Shown here: positions 1-12,590 of the stretch, in pieces
Position numbering within the stretch: position 1 is the first letter of the stretch
Layout of the letters: each line of letters starts with the position of its first letter
Assembly: GCF_963921235.1 (NCBI RefSeq)
Contig: NC_086097.1
Location: 253,892,001-253,956,000, forward strand
Length of the DNA stretch: 64,000 nt
Origin: Mobula hypostoma
Taxonomy: Eukaryota
Direction of reading: 5' to 3'
Position numbers and translations under genes: made by a program
Notes under the pieces: generated by a model
What the model was told of the DNA's origin: nothing
The model's database searches: none
What the model saw: the letters and a program-made list of their open reading frames with translations, nothing else

Positions 1-1315
1 ATGTTGGAAGGTCCTAGACAGAGTAGATGTGGAAAAATGTTTCCCATGGTCGGAGAGTCTAGGACAAGGGGGCACAACCTCAGGATAGAAACATAGAAAC
101 ATAGAAACATAGAAAATAGGTGCAGGAGTAGGCCATTCGGCCCTTCGAGCCTGCACCGCCATTTATTATGATCATGGCTGATCATCCAACTCAGAACCCA
201 GCCTTCCCTCCATATCCCCTGACCCCTGTAGCCACAAGGGCCATATCTAACTTCCTTTTAAACATAGCTAATGAACTGGCCTCAACAGTTTGCTGTGGCA
301 GAGAATTCCACAGATTCACCACTCTCTGTGTGAAGAAGTTTTTCCTAATCTCGGTCCTAAAAGGCTTCCCCTCTATCCTCAAACTGTGACCCCTCGTTCT
401 AGACCTCCCCAACATCGGGAACAATCTTCCCGCATCTAGCCTGTCCAATCCCTTTAGGATCTTATACGTTTCAATCAGATCCCCCCTCAATCTTCTAAAT
501 TCCAACGAGTACAAGCCCAGTTCATCCAGTCTTTCTTCATATGAAAGACCTGCCATCCCAGGAATCAATCTGGTGAACCTTCTTTGTACTCCCTCTATGG
601 CAAGGATGTCTTTCCTCAGATTAGGGGACCAAAACTGCACACAATACTCCAGGTGTGGTCTCACCAAGGCCTTGTACAACTGCAGTAGTACCTCCCTGCT
701 CCTGTACTCGAATCCTCTCGCTATAAATGCCAGCATACCGTTCGCCTTTTTCACCGCCTGCTGTACCTGCATGCCCACTTTCAATGACTGGTGTATAATG
801 ACACCCAGGTCTCGTTGCACCTCCCCTTTTCCTAATCGGCCACCATTCAGATAATAATCTGTTTTCCTATTTTTGCCACCAAAGTGGATAACTTCACATT
901 TATCCACATTAAATTGCATCTGCCATGAGTTTGCCCACTCACCCAACCTATCCAAGTCACCCTGCATCCTCTTAGCATCCTCCTCACTGCTAACACTGCC
1001 GCCCAGCTTCGTGTCATCCGCAAACTTGGAGATGCTGCATTTAATTCCCTCATCCAAGTCATTAATATATATTGTAGAGGGGCGTCCATTTAAAACAGAG
1101 ATATGGAGAAATTTCTTTAGCCAAAGGGTGGTGAATTTGTGGAATTTGTTGTCACATGCAGCTGTGGAGGCCACGTCGTTGGGTGTATTTAAGGCAGGGA
1201 TTGATAGGTTCTTGATTGGACATGGCATCAAAGGTTACGGGGAGAAGGCCGGGGTGTGGGGCTTAGAGGGAATAAAAGGATCAGCCATGATGGGCCAAAT
1301 GGCCTAATTCTTATG
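1..1315 (+). mobile_element. CR1-clade LINE 3' end (host), split by a younger antisense CR1 at 90-1074
   Basis: Bases 1-89 read ...FPMVGESRTRGHNLRI. The sequence resumes at 1075 with EGRPFKTEIWRNFFSQRVVNLWN...GYGEKAG and the 3' UTR. Confidence 0.85.
90..1074 (-). mobile_element. 5'-truncated young CR1 LINE (RT C-terminal half, 3' UTR, (TTTCTATG)n tail)
   Basis: Uninterrupted frame with FADDTK, ALVRPHLEYCVQFWSP and FFTQRVVNLWNSLP. Tail (atagaaac)n at 85-117. TAGA duplicated at 86-89 and 1075-1078. Near-identical to the copy at 41450-42250. Confidence 0.93.
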
Positions 1316-1451
1316 AAATGCACACTTCACTGGTTGGGGAAAGAAGCGGAGAGGCTAAGGTTGAGCACAAGGTGTGGGCGAGAGCAGTCGAAATCCAACC
1401 ACAAACCCAGGAATGTAAACAATAAATAGTCATGGCCTGAAGGAAGCCAAC

Positions 1452-1697
1452 GCTCTGAAAATAGGCTGCAGAAAGCTGAAACTCTGAAATCAGGCTTTGA
1501 AGAGGTCCTACACTCTGAAACCAGGCCCTGAAGAAGGCCTACACTCTGAACCAGCATGCAAAAAAGGCTTACATTATGAAACCAGGCCCTGAAGAAGGCC
1601 TACACTCTGAACCAGCGTGCGAAAAAGGCCTACATTATGAAACCAGGCTGCAAAAAGTTGAAACTCTGAAACCAGGCTATGAAGGAGGCCTACATCA
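1452..1697. repeat. ~31-32 bp minisatellite, left half
   Basis: Repeated CTCTGAAACCAGGC(C/T)...GAAGGCCTACA units. Same motif as 5233-5652. Confidence 0.85.
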
Positions 1698-3459
1698 GAC
1701 CATAAGATGTAGGAGCAAGATTTGGCCTGTCCTGTCTGCTCTGCATTTCATCATGGCTAATTCATTTTTCCTCTCAATACCAATCACCTGCCTAGTCTCC
1801 TTCTCCCTTCATGCTCTGACTAATCAAGAATCTATCAACCCCTAACTTAAGTATACCCAGTGACTTGGCCTCAACAGCCACCTGTGGCAATGAATTCCAA
1901 GGTTCACCACACTGTTGCTGAAGAAATTCCTTCTCATCTCCATTCTGATAGGACATCTCTCTATTCTACAGCTGTGCCCTTTGGTCTTAGAGTCTCCCAT
2001 CATAGGAAACGTCCCCTCTGCATCCATTCCATCAAAGCTTTTCAATTAGGTCACCCTTCATTCTTCTGAATTCCTGTGAGTAACGTCCCAGAGACATCAA
2101 ACACTCATCATTTGACAAGCCTTTCAATACTAGAATCTTCCTTTGAACCCTCTTTAATGTCAGCACTTCCTTTCTCAGACAGTATGCCCAAAACTGCTCA
2201 CAAAACTTGGTGAGGCCTCACCAGCACTTTATAAATCTCAACATTACATCCTTGCTTTTATATTCTAGTCCTCTTAAAATGAATGCTAACATAACATTTG
2301 CCTTTTTCACCACAGACTCAACCTGCAAATTAACCTTTAGGGAATCCTGCACAAGGACTCCCAATTCCCTTTCCACCTCAGATTTTAGAATGTTGTCTCC
2401 GTTTAGAAAATAGTCTAAACTTTTATTTCTTCACCAAATAACATGTCCATACACTTCCCAACATTGCCACTTCTTTGCCCATTCTCCTAATCTGTCTAAG
2501 TCCTTCTGTAGCCTCTCTACTTCAAAACTACCTGCCACTCCAACTAAGTTAGTATTGACTGCAAACATGGCCACAAAGCCATCAATTCCATCTTCCAAGG
2601 CATTGATATATAATGTAAAAAGAAGTGGGCCCAACATTGACCCCCATGGAACACAACTAGTCACAGACGGCCAACCAGAAAAGGCTCAATTTATTCCCAC
2701 TCTTTGCCTCCTGCCAATCAGGCACTGCTTTATTCATTCTAGTGTGCTTCCTGTAATACCATGGGTCATAGCTTGTTAAGCAGCTTCATGTGTGGCACCT
2801 TGTCAAAGGCATTCTGAAAATTCACCAATTCTCCTTTGTCTATCCTGCTTGTTATTTCTTTTAAGAATTCCAACAGATTAGTCCGGAAAGATTTTCTCTT
2901 AAGGAAACCATGCTGACTATGGCCTATTTTATCATGTGCCCCGAACCCACATCATTAACACTCAAATTCAACATTTTCCCAACCACTAAATGCCTATAAT
3001 TTCCTTTCTTCTGCCTTTCTCCCTTCTGGAAAAGTGCAGTGACATTTGCAATTTTCCAGTCTTCCAGAACCATGCCAGAATCAATTGATTTTTGAAGATC
3101 ATTGCTTATGCCTCCACAATCTCTTCAGAACCCTGGGATGTATGCCAGTCGGTCCAGGTGACTTGCCTACCTTTAGACCTTTCAGTTTTACAAGTACCTT
3201 CTCCTTACTTCTGACTCCTGACCGTCTTGACCTTCGGGAATACTGCTAGTGTCTTCCACGGTGAAGCTTGATGCCGAATACTTACTTAGTCCATCCGACA
3301 TTTCCTTGTCCCACGTAGCTACCTCTCCAGCATCATTTTCCAGCAGTCTGATATTCACTCTCGCCTCTCTTTTACACTTTAGGTATCTGAAGAAACTTAT
3401 GGTATCCTCTCTAATATTACTGGCTAGCTTACCTTTGCTTTCCTTCTTTTCCTTCTTAA

Positions 3460-3830
3460 CAGACTTGTATTTCACAGACTTTAATGCGAACGGGGTTTTA
3501 AGAGAAAGGAAAGCAATAAACGCTAGGCCAAACAGGTCGTTAACTAAAGCTCTCAAATGGAAGCTCACATCATGGCTGAAAGGGAGAACTAAATGCAAAG
3601 TGAATACTGCTCGTCTTCAGTGTCAGTCAATTCAACAGTCCACTTCCTCCGGCCAGGCCGAATGCAAGCAGACACCAGAACGTTGAAACACTTCCCTCAA
3701 GCCTCGACAAACACTACAAAGAAAAGAACCGAGTAAAATACAGCCATAATGGAATAATAATTAACTGACACATGCATATTCACGAGCCAATTGCCGAATC
3801 TGCTGTGCCATCAAGTCCATGGTTGTGACA
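3460..3830 (-). mobile_element. Probable truncated LTR fragment
   Basis: Non-CR1 block ending ...GTTGTGACA (TGTCACA on minus) at a CR1 junction. The other terminus is not seen. Confidence 0.4.
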
Positions 3831-4472
3831 GGTTTCAGTGAGGTCACCTGTCATTCTTCTGAATTCCAGTGAATACAGACCCAAAGCCATCAAACACCGT
3901 TCATCTGACAAGCCACTCAATCCTTGAATCATTTTTGTGAATCTCCTTCGAGCACTCTCCGCTGTCAGCACATCCTTTCTAAGATAAGAGGCCCAAAAGT
4001 TCTCACAATACTCCAAGTGAGGCCTCACCAGCGCTTTATAAAGTCTCAACATTATATCCTTGCTTTTATATTCCAGTCTTCTTGAAATGAATGCTAACAT
4101 CACATTAGCCTTCTTCACTACAGACTCAACCTGCAAATTAACCTTTAGAAAATCCTGCACGAGGACTCCCAAGTCTCTTTGATTCTGATACATTTGGCAT
4201 TAGCTTTTCCTTCTCGCATTTCAGGGTGAATTCAGTCATATTATGATCACTATCCCCTAAGGCTTCATTTATCTCAAGCACTCTAAGCAATTCTGGTTCA
4301 TTGCACAACACCTAATCCAGAATAATTGATCCCCTCGTGGGCTCAGCCACGATCTGCTCTAAAAAGCCATCTTGTAGGCACTCTAGAAACTGCCCCCCTG
4401 GAATCCAGCACCAGCCTTTTCCGAATCTACCACCGGCATATTGAAATATCCCGACTGTTGTAACATCGCCCT

Positions 4473-5079
4473 TGTTGGCCAGAAACTGCAGTCTGATCAA
4501 GGACAGGGGAAGCAGACAAGCCAGTTGTCTTTGTTTTCCCTCATTTTGTGGACTCTGAACGGATTCTTGCTCCTGGATAATCTAATCAGAGCAACTGAAT
4601 GTGGACACAGGATGCTTCAGGTAATGATCTGCTGAACCTGAGACCATTCTCAAACAAGCAGCCATTTGTTATGTAAAGGGCGTGGACTCTGAACGGATTC
4701 GAGACTCAGGGACAATCTAATCAGAGCCATAAACCTGAGACCATTCTCAGAGGAGTAGCTGCTTGTTATGTAAAATGGCAGAATTACCAAAGAAGCAATC
4801 TAATCTCGTTGCCTCGTTTAACTGGCTTGGACCGGTCAGAATGTAAAGGCACAAATATACAAGGCTCGGGTGTGCAGGGCCAGGAAACAATGTTGGCTGA
4901 AGCCCGGTACAATGACCAGGTAGGTCATGTGATCTTGAGCAGAAGGTTTGGAGATCCAGTGGTTCAATTGATGAGGAACAGTGTAAGTCTCAGAAGCTCC
5001 AAATACGCAGGAGTCATAACTCTCCAGCAGCCAGAGACCAACCATTGCGGATAAGGAGGACCCCATGGACACATGGAGA
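4473..5079 (+). mobile_element. Probable LTR (U3-like) fragment with internal direct repeats
   Basis: Starts TGTTGG at the CR1 junction. The block GTGGACTCTGAACGGATTC...AATCTAATCAGAGC...AACCTGAGACCATTCTCA...TTGTTATGTAAA occurs at ~4548-4678 and ~4682-4775. Confidence 0.45.
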
Positions 5080-5232
5080 TCCCCCTGCCAAATTAGTTTA
5101 AACCCTCTAGAACAGCAAGGATATTGGTCCCCCTCAAATTCAGGTGTAACCCATCCTTTTTGTACACGTTGTACCTTCTCCAGAAGAGATCCCAATGATC
5201 CATAAATATGAACCCCTGCTCCTTACACCCTG

Positions 5233-5652
5233 CACTCTGAAACCAGACTGTGAGTGGGGTCTACACTGTGAAACCAGGCTGCAAAGAATACCTACTGTCT
5301 GAATCAGGCTGCAAATGAGGCCTACACTCTGCAATCAGTCTGCAAATGAGGCCTACACTCTGCAATCAGGCGGCAGAGGAGGCCTACGCTCTGCAATCAG
5401 GCTGCAAATGAGGCCTACACTCTGCAATCAGGCGGCAGAGGAGGCCTACATTCTGAAACCAGACCGCAAAAAACAAAGCTCTGAAACCAGGTAGTGAAGG
5501 AGGCTTGCACTATGAAATTAGGTTGCATAAGAGGCCTACACTGTGAAATCAGGCTGCAGAGGAGACCTTCGCTGTGAAATCAGGCTGCAGAGGGGACCTG
5601 GAAAGGCTACAAAGGGGGCCTACGCTGTGAAATCAGGCTGCAGAGGGGGCCG
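5233..5652. repeat. ~31-32 bp minisatellite, right half
   Basis: Repeated CTCTGCAATCAGGCTGCAAATGAGGCCTACA and CTGTGAAATCAGGCTGCAGAGG units. Confidence 0.88.
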
Positions 5653-5761
5653 ATGGTAAATGCCAATGGAAACAAGAAGAAGCCACAAAGTAAACTAAAG
5701 AAGTTTAACTCACATCCTACACCAGAAATGATATTTAAGTTATCTACAGAGCTTAGCCTGA

Positions 5762-5975
5762 GTGCAGCAGTTTCAGCGACACAGGTTCAATTCCTGCCAG
5801 TGTCTGTATGTTCTCCCGGTGACCACATGGGCTTCCTCCAGGAGCTCCAGTTTCCTCCCACATTCTAAACACGTATGGGTTAATAGGTTATTTGGTCACA
5901 TCAGTATAAGTGGGAGGCCAGGCTCACTAGGCCGGAAGAGCCTGTGACTGCGGTGTATCTCTAAGTTAAAAATAA
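5762..5975 (+). mobile_element. tRNA-derived V-domain SINE (HE1-like)
   Basis: B-box GGTTCAATTCC, V-domain TGTTCTCCC..GTGACC..TGGG.TTCCTCC.GG.GCTCC.GTTTCCTCCCACA, and a CR1-like 3' end. Confidence 0.75.
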
Positions 5976-6169
5976 ACAAGTTAATTCAATAAGCACTTAA
6001 CCCACTAAAGAATCAATATGTTAAACTGAGATCTGGCAGTTTTGTTTATGCTCTGGGCAAAGGAAGATCAAGCCCTGAGTAACTGGTGGACCATGGGTCT
6101 TCTCAGCACTCTGGAGGAGATGAAACTCAGTGGACGGACCCATAGGAAAGGTTCAAATGAGAAGAAAGA

Positions 6170-7130
6170 GAAAGGTGAAAGTGTACAGAGTGAACGGTCG
6201 GGCACTGAGGATTGCGGTAGAACAAAGGGATCTGGGAACACAGATCCACAATTCATTGAAAGTTCCGTCAGAGGCAGCTAGGGTTGTAAAGAAAGCTTTT
6301 GGCACATTGGCCTTCGTAAATCAATGTACTGAGTAGAGGAGATGGGATGTTATGTTGAAGTTGTATTAGACGTTGGTGAGGCGTAGTCTGAAGTATTGTA
6401 TCCAGTTTTGGTCACCTACCTACAGAAAGATGTAAGCAAGTTTGAAAGAGTGCAGAGAAATTTACAAGGATGCTACACAACTGGGGGATATGAGTTATAA
6501 GGAAAGCTTGAATAGTTTAGGACTGTAATTCCTTAGAATGTAGAAGATTGAGAGAGGATTTGACAGAGGCATACAAAATTGTGAGGGTGATGCAGCATCA
6601 ATAACTCCAAAAGACTGGAAGTAGAGTAAATACTGAAAGGCTTTTATTAGCAGTAAAATGTGACCTCCAGCATGCTGAGTATCTGCCCCTGGACTGAGAG
6701 GAGGAGCCATGGCCCAATGGCCTTTATTCAGGGGTCTGTGGGAGGAGCCACAGGGGCAGTCAGCAGAGGGGCTTGTCCAGACAGGTAACCCAGTTACAAC
6801 ATATATATATATGGTTTACCACAGCGGGGGCAAATGCAAGCAGGTTTTTTCCACAGAGGTTGGGTAGGACTACAACCAGAGGTCATGGGTTAAGGGTGAA
6901 AGGTGAGAAGGGGAATATGAGGGGAAACTTCTTCACTCAGAGGGTCATGAGCTGCCAACACAAGTGGTGCATGCAGGCTCGATTTCAACGTTTAAGAGAA
7001 GTTAGGATAGGTACATGGATGGTAGGGATATGGAGGGCTGTGGTCCCAGTGCAGGTCGATGGGAGTAGGAAGATTGAATGGGCTAGATGGGCCAAATAAC
7101 CTGTCTCAGTGCTGTATTTCTCTATGACTC
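6170..7130 (+). mobile_element. Decayed CR1 3' fragment containing a short solo LTR
   Basis: Peptides EQRDLG, VVKKAFGTLAF and RGNFFTQRV, followed by a CR1 3' UTR ending TTCTCTATGACT. Confidence 0.8.
6588..6823 (-). mobile_element. Short solo LTR (236 bp)
   Basis: TG...CA termini (TGTGGTAAAC...GCTGCATCA on minus), AATAAA on minus near 6642-6648, and flanks GAGGG/GCGGG (5-bp TSD with one mismatch). Confidence 0.65.
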
Positions 7131-7299
7131 AGTCTGTGAAGTAGGAATTGGGAAGTTGGGATGCAAATTGAGTCCAGGGTAACTGGAAATGTAGAAAATA
7201 CTTTGCATTGTTGTATCTTCAGTAGTTATTAGACTTTGTGTTAGAGCTTATGTAGACTGCTACATAGAAGTGACACTAAAATGGTAATTCAGTTCATGT

Positions 7300-8330
7300 A
7301 ATCCCTCCTATGTAACCCTTCATTTTTCTGTCATCCACGTATCTATTCAAGAGTTTCCCTGTCCCTGGTGTATCTGTCTCAACCATCACCCCTGGCAGGG
7401 TCTTCTCTTACCTCCGACATCCCCCTGATACTTTTCTCCATTCACTTTTAAATTATGTCCCCATGTACGTTTCAGTCATTTCCGCTCAGGGAAAAATTCT
7501 CTGGCTGTCCACTCAATCTATACCTCTTTTCAAGTCAGCTCTCATCCTCCTTTGCTTCAAAGAGAGAAGGCCTAGCACACTTAACCTATCTTCATGAGGC
7601 ATGGTTTCTGAGCACAATATTCCAAATAAGGACTATCCAGGGTTTTATAGAGCTGCAACATTACTTTACAGCTCCTAAACTCAAACCCCTGATTAATGGA
7701 GGCCAACACTTCATACACCTACTTAACCACCCTATCAACTTGCACAGCAACTTTGAGGGATATATGGACGTGGAACCCAAGATCCCTTTCTACCTCCACA
7801 CTGCTAAAATTCCTGGCATTAACCATGTATTCTGCCTCCAAATTTGACTTTCCAAAGTGAATCACTTCGCATGTCTCCGGGCTGAACTCCATCTGCCACT
7901 TCTCAGTCCTGTTTGCATCTTGTCAATACATCACTGTAGCCTATGATGGAGCAGACTCGATGAGGCAAATGATCTATTTCTGCTTCTATATCTCATGGTT
8001 TCACGGACAACTTTCATAACACCACCAGCCTTCATGTCATCTGCAAACACACTAAGCCACCCTTTCACTTCCTCTTCCAAGTCATTTATAATAATCACAA
8101 AAAGCAGGGGTCCCCGAACAGATCCCTGTTAAACCCCACTGATCACCAAACTCCAAGCAGAATACACTACATCTACTTCCACCCTCTGTCTTCTGTGTAC
8201 AAGCCAATTGTGAATCCCTACAGCTGACTTTCCCTGGATCCCGTGCCTGCTCACTTTCGGAATGAGCCTACCATGGGAACCTTATCAAACGCCTTATTAA
8301 AATCCATATGCAACACATCCACTCGCTATA
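7300..8330 (-). mobile_element. Highly decayed CR1 fragment
   Basis: Residual RT motifs on minus (GSVRGPLLFVIINDLEEEV, ADDMK, QMEFSPE). Confidence 0.7.
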
Positions 8331-8434
8331 TCCCTGCCTGACTTCCCTGGAAATAGACATGTTTATAGAGAAGCTTCTGAAATGCCCACCAACATTCTCA
8401 GTACTGGTTTGCTAACGATGAGCAGCAGATTAAC

Positions 8435-10552
8435 TATAGCTGGAGTACTGTGAGCAGTTCTGGGCCTTTCGTTTCAGAAAGGATGTGCTGACTTTGGAGT
8501 ATTTTCAGAGGAGGTTCACGAGGATGATTCTGGGAGTGAAAGGGTTATTATAATGAGGAGTGACTGAATACTCTGAACATGTACTTGCTGGAATTTAGAA
8601 GAATGGTGGGGGGGGGGGTATCTCACTGAATCCTATTGAACATTGAAAGGTCTTGATAGACTGGATGTGGAGAGGATATTTCTTACAGTAGGGGAGTCCA
8701 GGACCAAAGAACACAGCCTCAGAATATGGGGATGTCCATTTGGAACAGGTCTTGAGAAAAAGTTGCTGAAGAGATATTGGATGCATTGGTCATGATCTTT
8801 CAAGAATCACTTGATTCTGGCATGGTCCTGGAGAACTGGAAGATTGCAAATGTCACTCCACACTCCACACAGGGAGAAAGGCTAAAGAAAGGAAATTATA
8901 GGCCGTTAGCCTAACCTCAATGGTTGGGAAAGTGTTGGAGTCTATTACAGTATTGACGTTCTTGGGGACTAATGATAAAATAAGTCCAAGTCAGCATGGT
9001 TTCTGTAATGGGAAATTTTGCCTGACAAATCTGTTAGAGTTCGAGGAAGTAACAAGCACAGTGGACAAAGGAGAGGCAGTGGATGTCATTTACTTGGATT
9101 TTCAGAAGACATTTGAAAAGGTGCCACACATGAGGCTGCTTAACAAGATAAAACCCTATGGCGTTACAGGAATGGTACTGGCATGGGTAGCGCAATGGCT
9201 GACAGGCAGGAGGCAGCAAGTGGGAATAAAAGGGGCTTTTTCTGGTTGGCGGCCAGTGACTAGTGGTGTTCCTCAGGGGTCAGTATTGAGATGGTTACTT
9301 TTCACATTGTTTGTCAATGATTTTGTTGATGGAATTGGTGGCTTTGTGCAAAACTTGTGGAAGATACAAAGATAGGTGGAGGGGTAGGTAGTGCTGAGGA
9401 AGCAACACAATTGCAGCAGGACTTAGACAAATTGGAAGAATGGGCAAAAAAGTGACCGATAGAATATAGTGTTGGGAAATGTATGATAATGGATTTTGGT
9501 AAAAGGAACAATAGTATGGACTATTATCTAAATGGGGAGAAGGTTCAAACATCAGAGGTGCAGAGGGACTTGGGAGTCCTCATGCAAGACTCCCAGAAGA
9601 TTAATTTACAGGTTGAGTCTGTGGTGAGGAAGGCAAATGCAATGTCGGCATTCATTTTAAGGAGAATAGAATATAAAAACAAGGAGATAATCCTGAGGCT
9701 TTATAAGACACTAGACAGGCCGTACTTGGAGTATTGTCAACAGTTTTGGGCCCTATATTTCAGAAAGGATGTATTGTCATTGGAGAGAGTCCAGAGGAGG
9801 TTCACAAGGATGATTTCGGGAATGAAGGGGTTAACATACGAGGAGCATTTGGCAGCTTTGGGCCTGTACTCACTGGAATTTAGAAGGATGCAGGGGATCT
9901 CATTGATACCTACCGAATGTTGAAAGGACTAGATAGGGTGGATGTGGAGAGGATGTTTCCTATGGTGGGGGTATCCAGAACTAGAGGGCACAGCCTCAAA
10001 ATTGAGGGGCGACCTTTTAGAACACAGGCAAGAAGGAATTTTTTTAGCCAGAGGGTGGTGAATCTGTGGAATGCTCTGCCACAGACTCTCCTGGAGGACA
10101 AATTTATGCATATATTTAAGGTGCAAGTTGATTGTTTCCTGATCGGTCTGGGCATCAAAGAATATGGAGAGAAGTCTGGTGTATGAGGTTGAGTGGGATC
10201 TGGAATCAGCCATGATGGAATGGTGGAGCAGACTCGATGGGCTGAATGGCCCAATTCTGCTCCTATATCTTATGGTCTTACAGTCTAACAGAGATGAGGA
10301 GGAATTTCTTAAGCCAGAGAGTGGCGAATCTGTGGATTTCATTGCCATAGGTGAGTGTGGAGGCCACGTCGAGAGATGCATTTAAGGTGGACGTTGATGG
10401 CTTCTTGATTAGTCGGGGTGTGAAATGATACGTGGAGAAGACAGGACAATAAGGTTGAGAGGAAGATGGATCAGCCATGATGGAATGGTGGAGCAGACTC
10501 GAAGGGGTGATTGGCATAACTATGCTCCCATATCTTATGGTCTTATGGTCTA
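8435..10552 (+). mobile_element. Decayed CR1 RT fragments with tandem 3' ends
   Basis: [23 protein letters not shown] and RRNFFSQRVVNLWN. Two 3' UTRs ending TCTTATGG, at ~10280 and ~10550. Confidence 0.85.
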
Positions 10553-11749
10553 GATGCTCATCAGTAATACCCATGTTTTATGAATAAACAAATAAAAATC
10601 TGTCCCTGCACGATCTGTAGTGGTGAAAGTAACTGTCTGATATTGCCTCAGCTCTTTTCACAGTGGCGGCAATCACAATCGTCAGTCCTGCAAATGAAAT
10701 CAGGAGAGATCTTGAGGTCATGGGTTAAGGGTGAAAGGTGAACTGGTTAAGGGAAAGATAAGGGGAATCTTTTCGCTCAGAGTGTGGAACGAGCTGCCAA
10801 GACGAGTACTGGATTTAGGTTTGATTTCAACATTTAGAAGTTTGGATAGTTACATGGATGGTAGGGGTATGGAGGGCGATGGTCCAGGTGCAGGTCGATG
10901 GGAGCAGGCAGATTAACAGTTCAGTATGAAATGATCTGTTATTCTGAGTGATAGAGACATAGAACACTACAGCACAAAAGTGCCAAAGGGCTGTTACTAC
11001 ACCCTAGTTTTCCCTGACACAATGACTCTATCTGAAGTAGGCTTCTGCTTTGTAATTATCTGTTCCTGAGAGGTGCCACACAAAGTTAAAATTAGACCCC
11101 TTGTGCACACAAGTTAGGTTACAGATGTTTAAGTAGGTTGTCAACAGCCTGCCCATTAACACATACAGAAGCGCAGAAACTGTGTCAATCACCTGGCATA
11201 AAACTTCTAAAGTTTGCTTAAAACAGTCTGAAAATACAAACATTAGATTATGTAAAGAAATCAAAAGTAACAAAAATATAACTTTTCCAAAATACCGCAC
11301 AGCATTTTCCAAAGTCGGTGAATATCTTAAGGGATCTTACAAACACCTGCAGTCATATCCATTACGGTTGCAAAAATATTTGACATACCACATGACTGCT
11401 CAGGAAATAACAGTCCCACTGTCACATACCTGCAGGGTTATTCATGGTTCCTTTCAACAAGGGAGACCTTTCTCAGCTTTCCCTTGGTCTTTAATGCAAT
11501 AACAAGCAACAACTGACCCGAGGTGGTATGAAGTAAGTCTGCTTATGAAGACATCAGAAACACAGATGGACACAGTGTTAATTCCCATGTAAACATGCTG
11601 CGGCCTCAGTCAGTGGGTGTCAAGTGGGAACACTATGTCATATTTAGACCTGCTGAGTTTGGCTGTGAGCCCAAACCTCATTTTAATATTAAAATAAGGT
11701 TCCCACATGCATCTCCCAGCCTATTTTGGAAATCTGATAAAATTGGTCA

Positions 11750-12070
11750 ACTTCAGATTGAGACTGAGATTCCGAGTGACATTCAGATTCAGAGTTATTT
11801 ACCACAGACACATGAAACACACAGTGAAAGGCATCCTTTGCCTTCACAGACAACACAACCTTAGCGATGTGCTGAGGGCAGCCCACCAGTGTCACCACAC
11901 ATTGCAGAGCCAACGTAGCATACCCACCATGCTTGGTAGAACAACACAGAACACTATCATCAAAATGCGTCCTTTACATCCGTCCCACCCTCCTGCATTC
12001 ACACAGACAGTCCTCCAGCCTCTGGGTCTGACCCTGGGACAGGCTTCTGGGCCTCGTGCCTCCAGTTGAC
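11750..12070 (-). mobile_element. Short non-coding interspersed element with (TGAATC)-like tail; related pieces at ~30215-30375 and ~31380-31520 (+)
   Basis: Shared TGCTACGTTGG...GGGCTGCCC.CAGCAC...TTTCACTGTGTGTTT..ATGT segments in all three places. Confidence 0.55.
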
Positions 12071-12204
12071 CCTCTGGTCCTTTACAATTTGTTGTTGAAA
12101 TTTGCTCATCCTGTTCTATTAGTGAAAGGTTCTGTGCCATCTGCCATTTTAGAAATGGTTAATTTGGGTGGTGATTGCTGATACAGAAACACCGATGCCC
12201 TTGA

Positions 12205-12590
12205 ATGGCGAAGTTCAGAAAAAGTAGTGGATATGGCCCAGTCCATCATGATAAAGCCCTCCCCACAACTGAGCACATCTACATGGAGTGCTGTCACAGG
12301 AAAGCAGGATCCATCATTAGGGACCCCCACCACCCAGGCCATGCTCTCTTCTCACTGCTGCCATCAGGAAGAAGGTACAGGAGCTTCAGGACCCACACCA
12401 CCAGGTTCAGGAACAGTTACTACCCTCAACTATCAGGCTCTTGAACCAGAGGGGATAACTTCACTCAACTTCACTTGCCCCATTATTGAACTGTTCCCAC
12501 AACCTATAGACTCACCTTCAAGGATTCTTCATCTCATGTTCTCAATATTTATTCCTTATTTGTTATTATTATTTTTGTTTTTTCTCAGCT
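12205..12590 (+). mobile_element. Rex/Babar LINE 3' fragment; further fragments at ~12795-12985, ~17625-17907 and ~28755-29160
   Basis: IIRDPHHPGHALFSLLPSGRRYRSFRTHTTRFRNSYYPQ, the typical Rex1 C-terminus. Confidence 0.8.

Larger units (their letters stand above)
1697..5232 (-). mobile_element. Decayed, rearranged near-full-length CR1 LINE (ORF1 end, EN, RT, 3' UTR) with nested inserts
   Basis: Minus-strand peptides FLECLQDGFLEQ, GSMLGPLLFTLYINAL and RRNFFSNSVVNL. ORF1-end-like sequence at 5080-5230. An extra RT fragment lies at 3831-4180. Confidence 0.8.

Noticed and set aside
191..1231. 346-aa ORF as an intact gene
   Set aside because: It is chimeric. The first ~50 codons are antisense sequence of the host CR1, fused in frame to a 5'-truncated CR1 RT.
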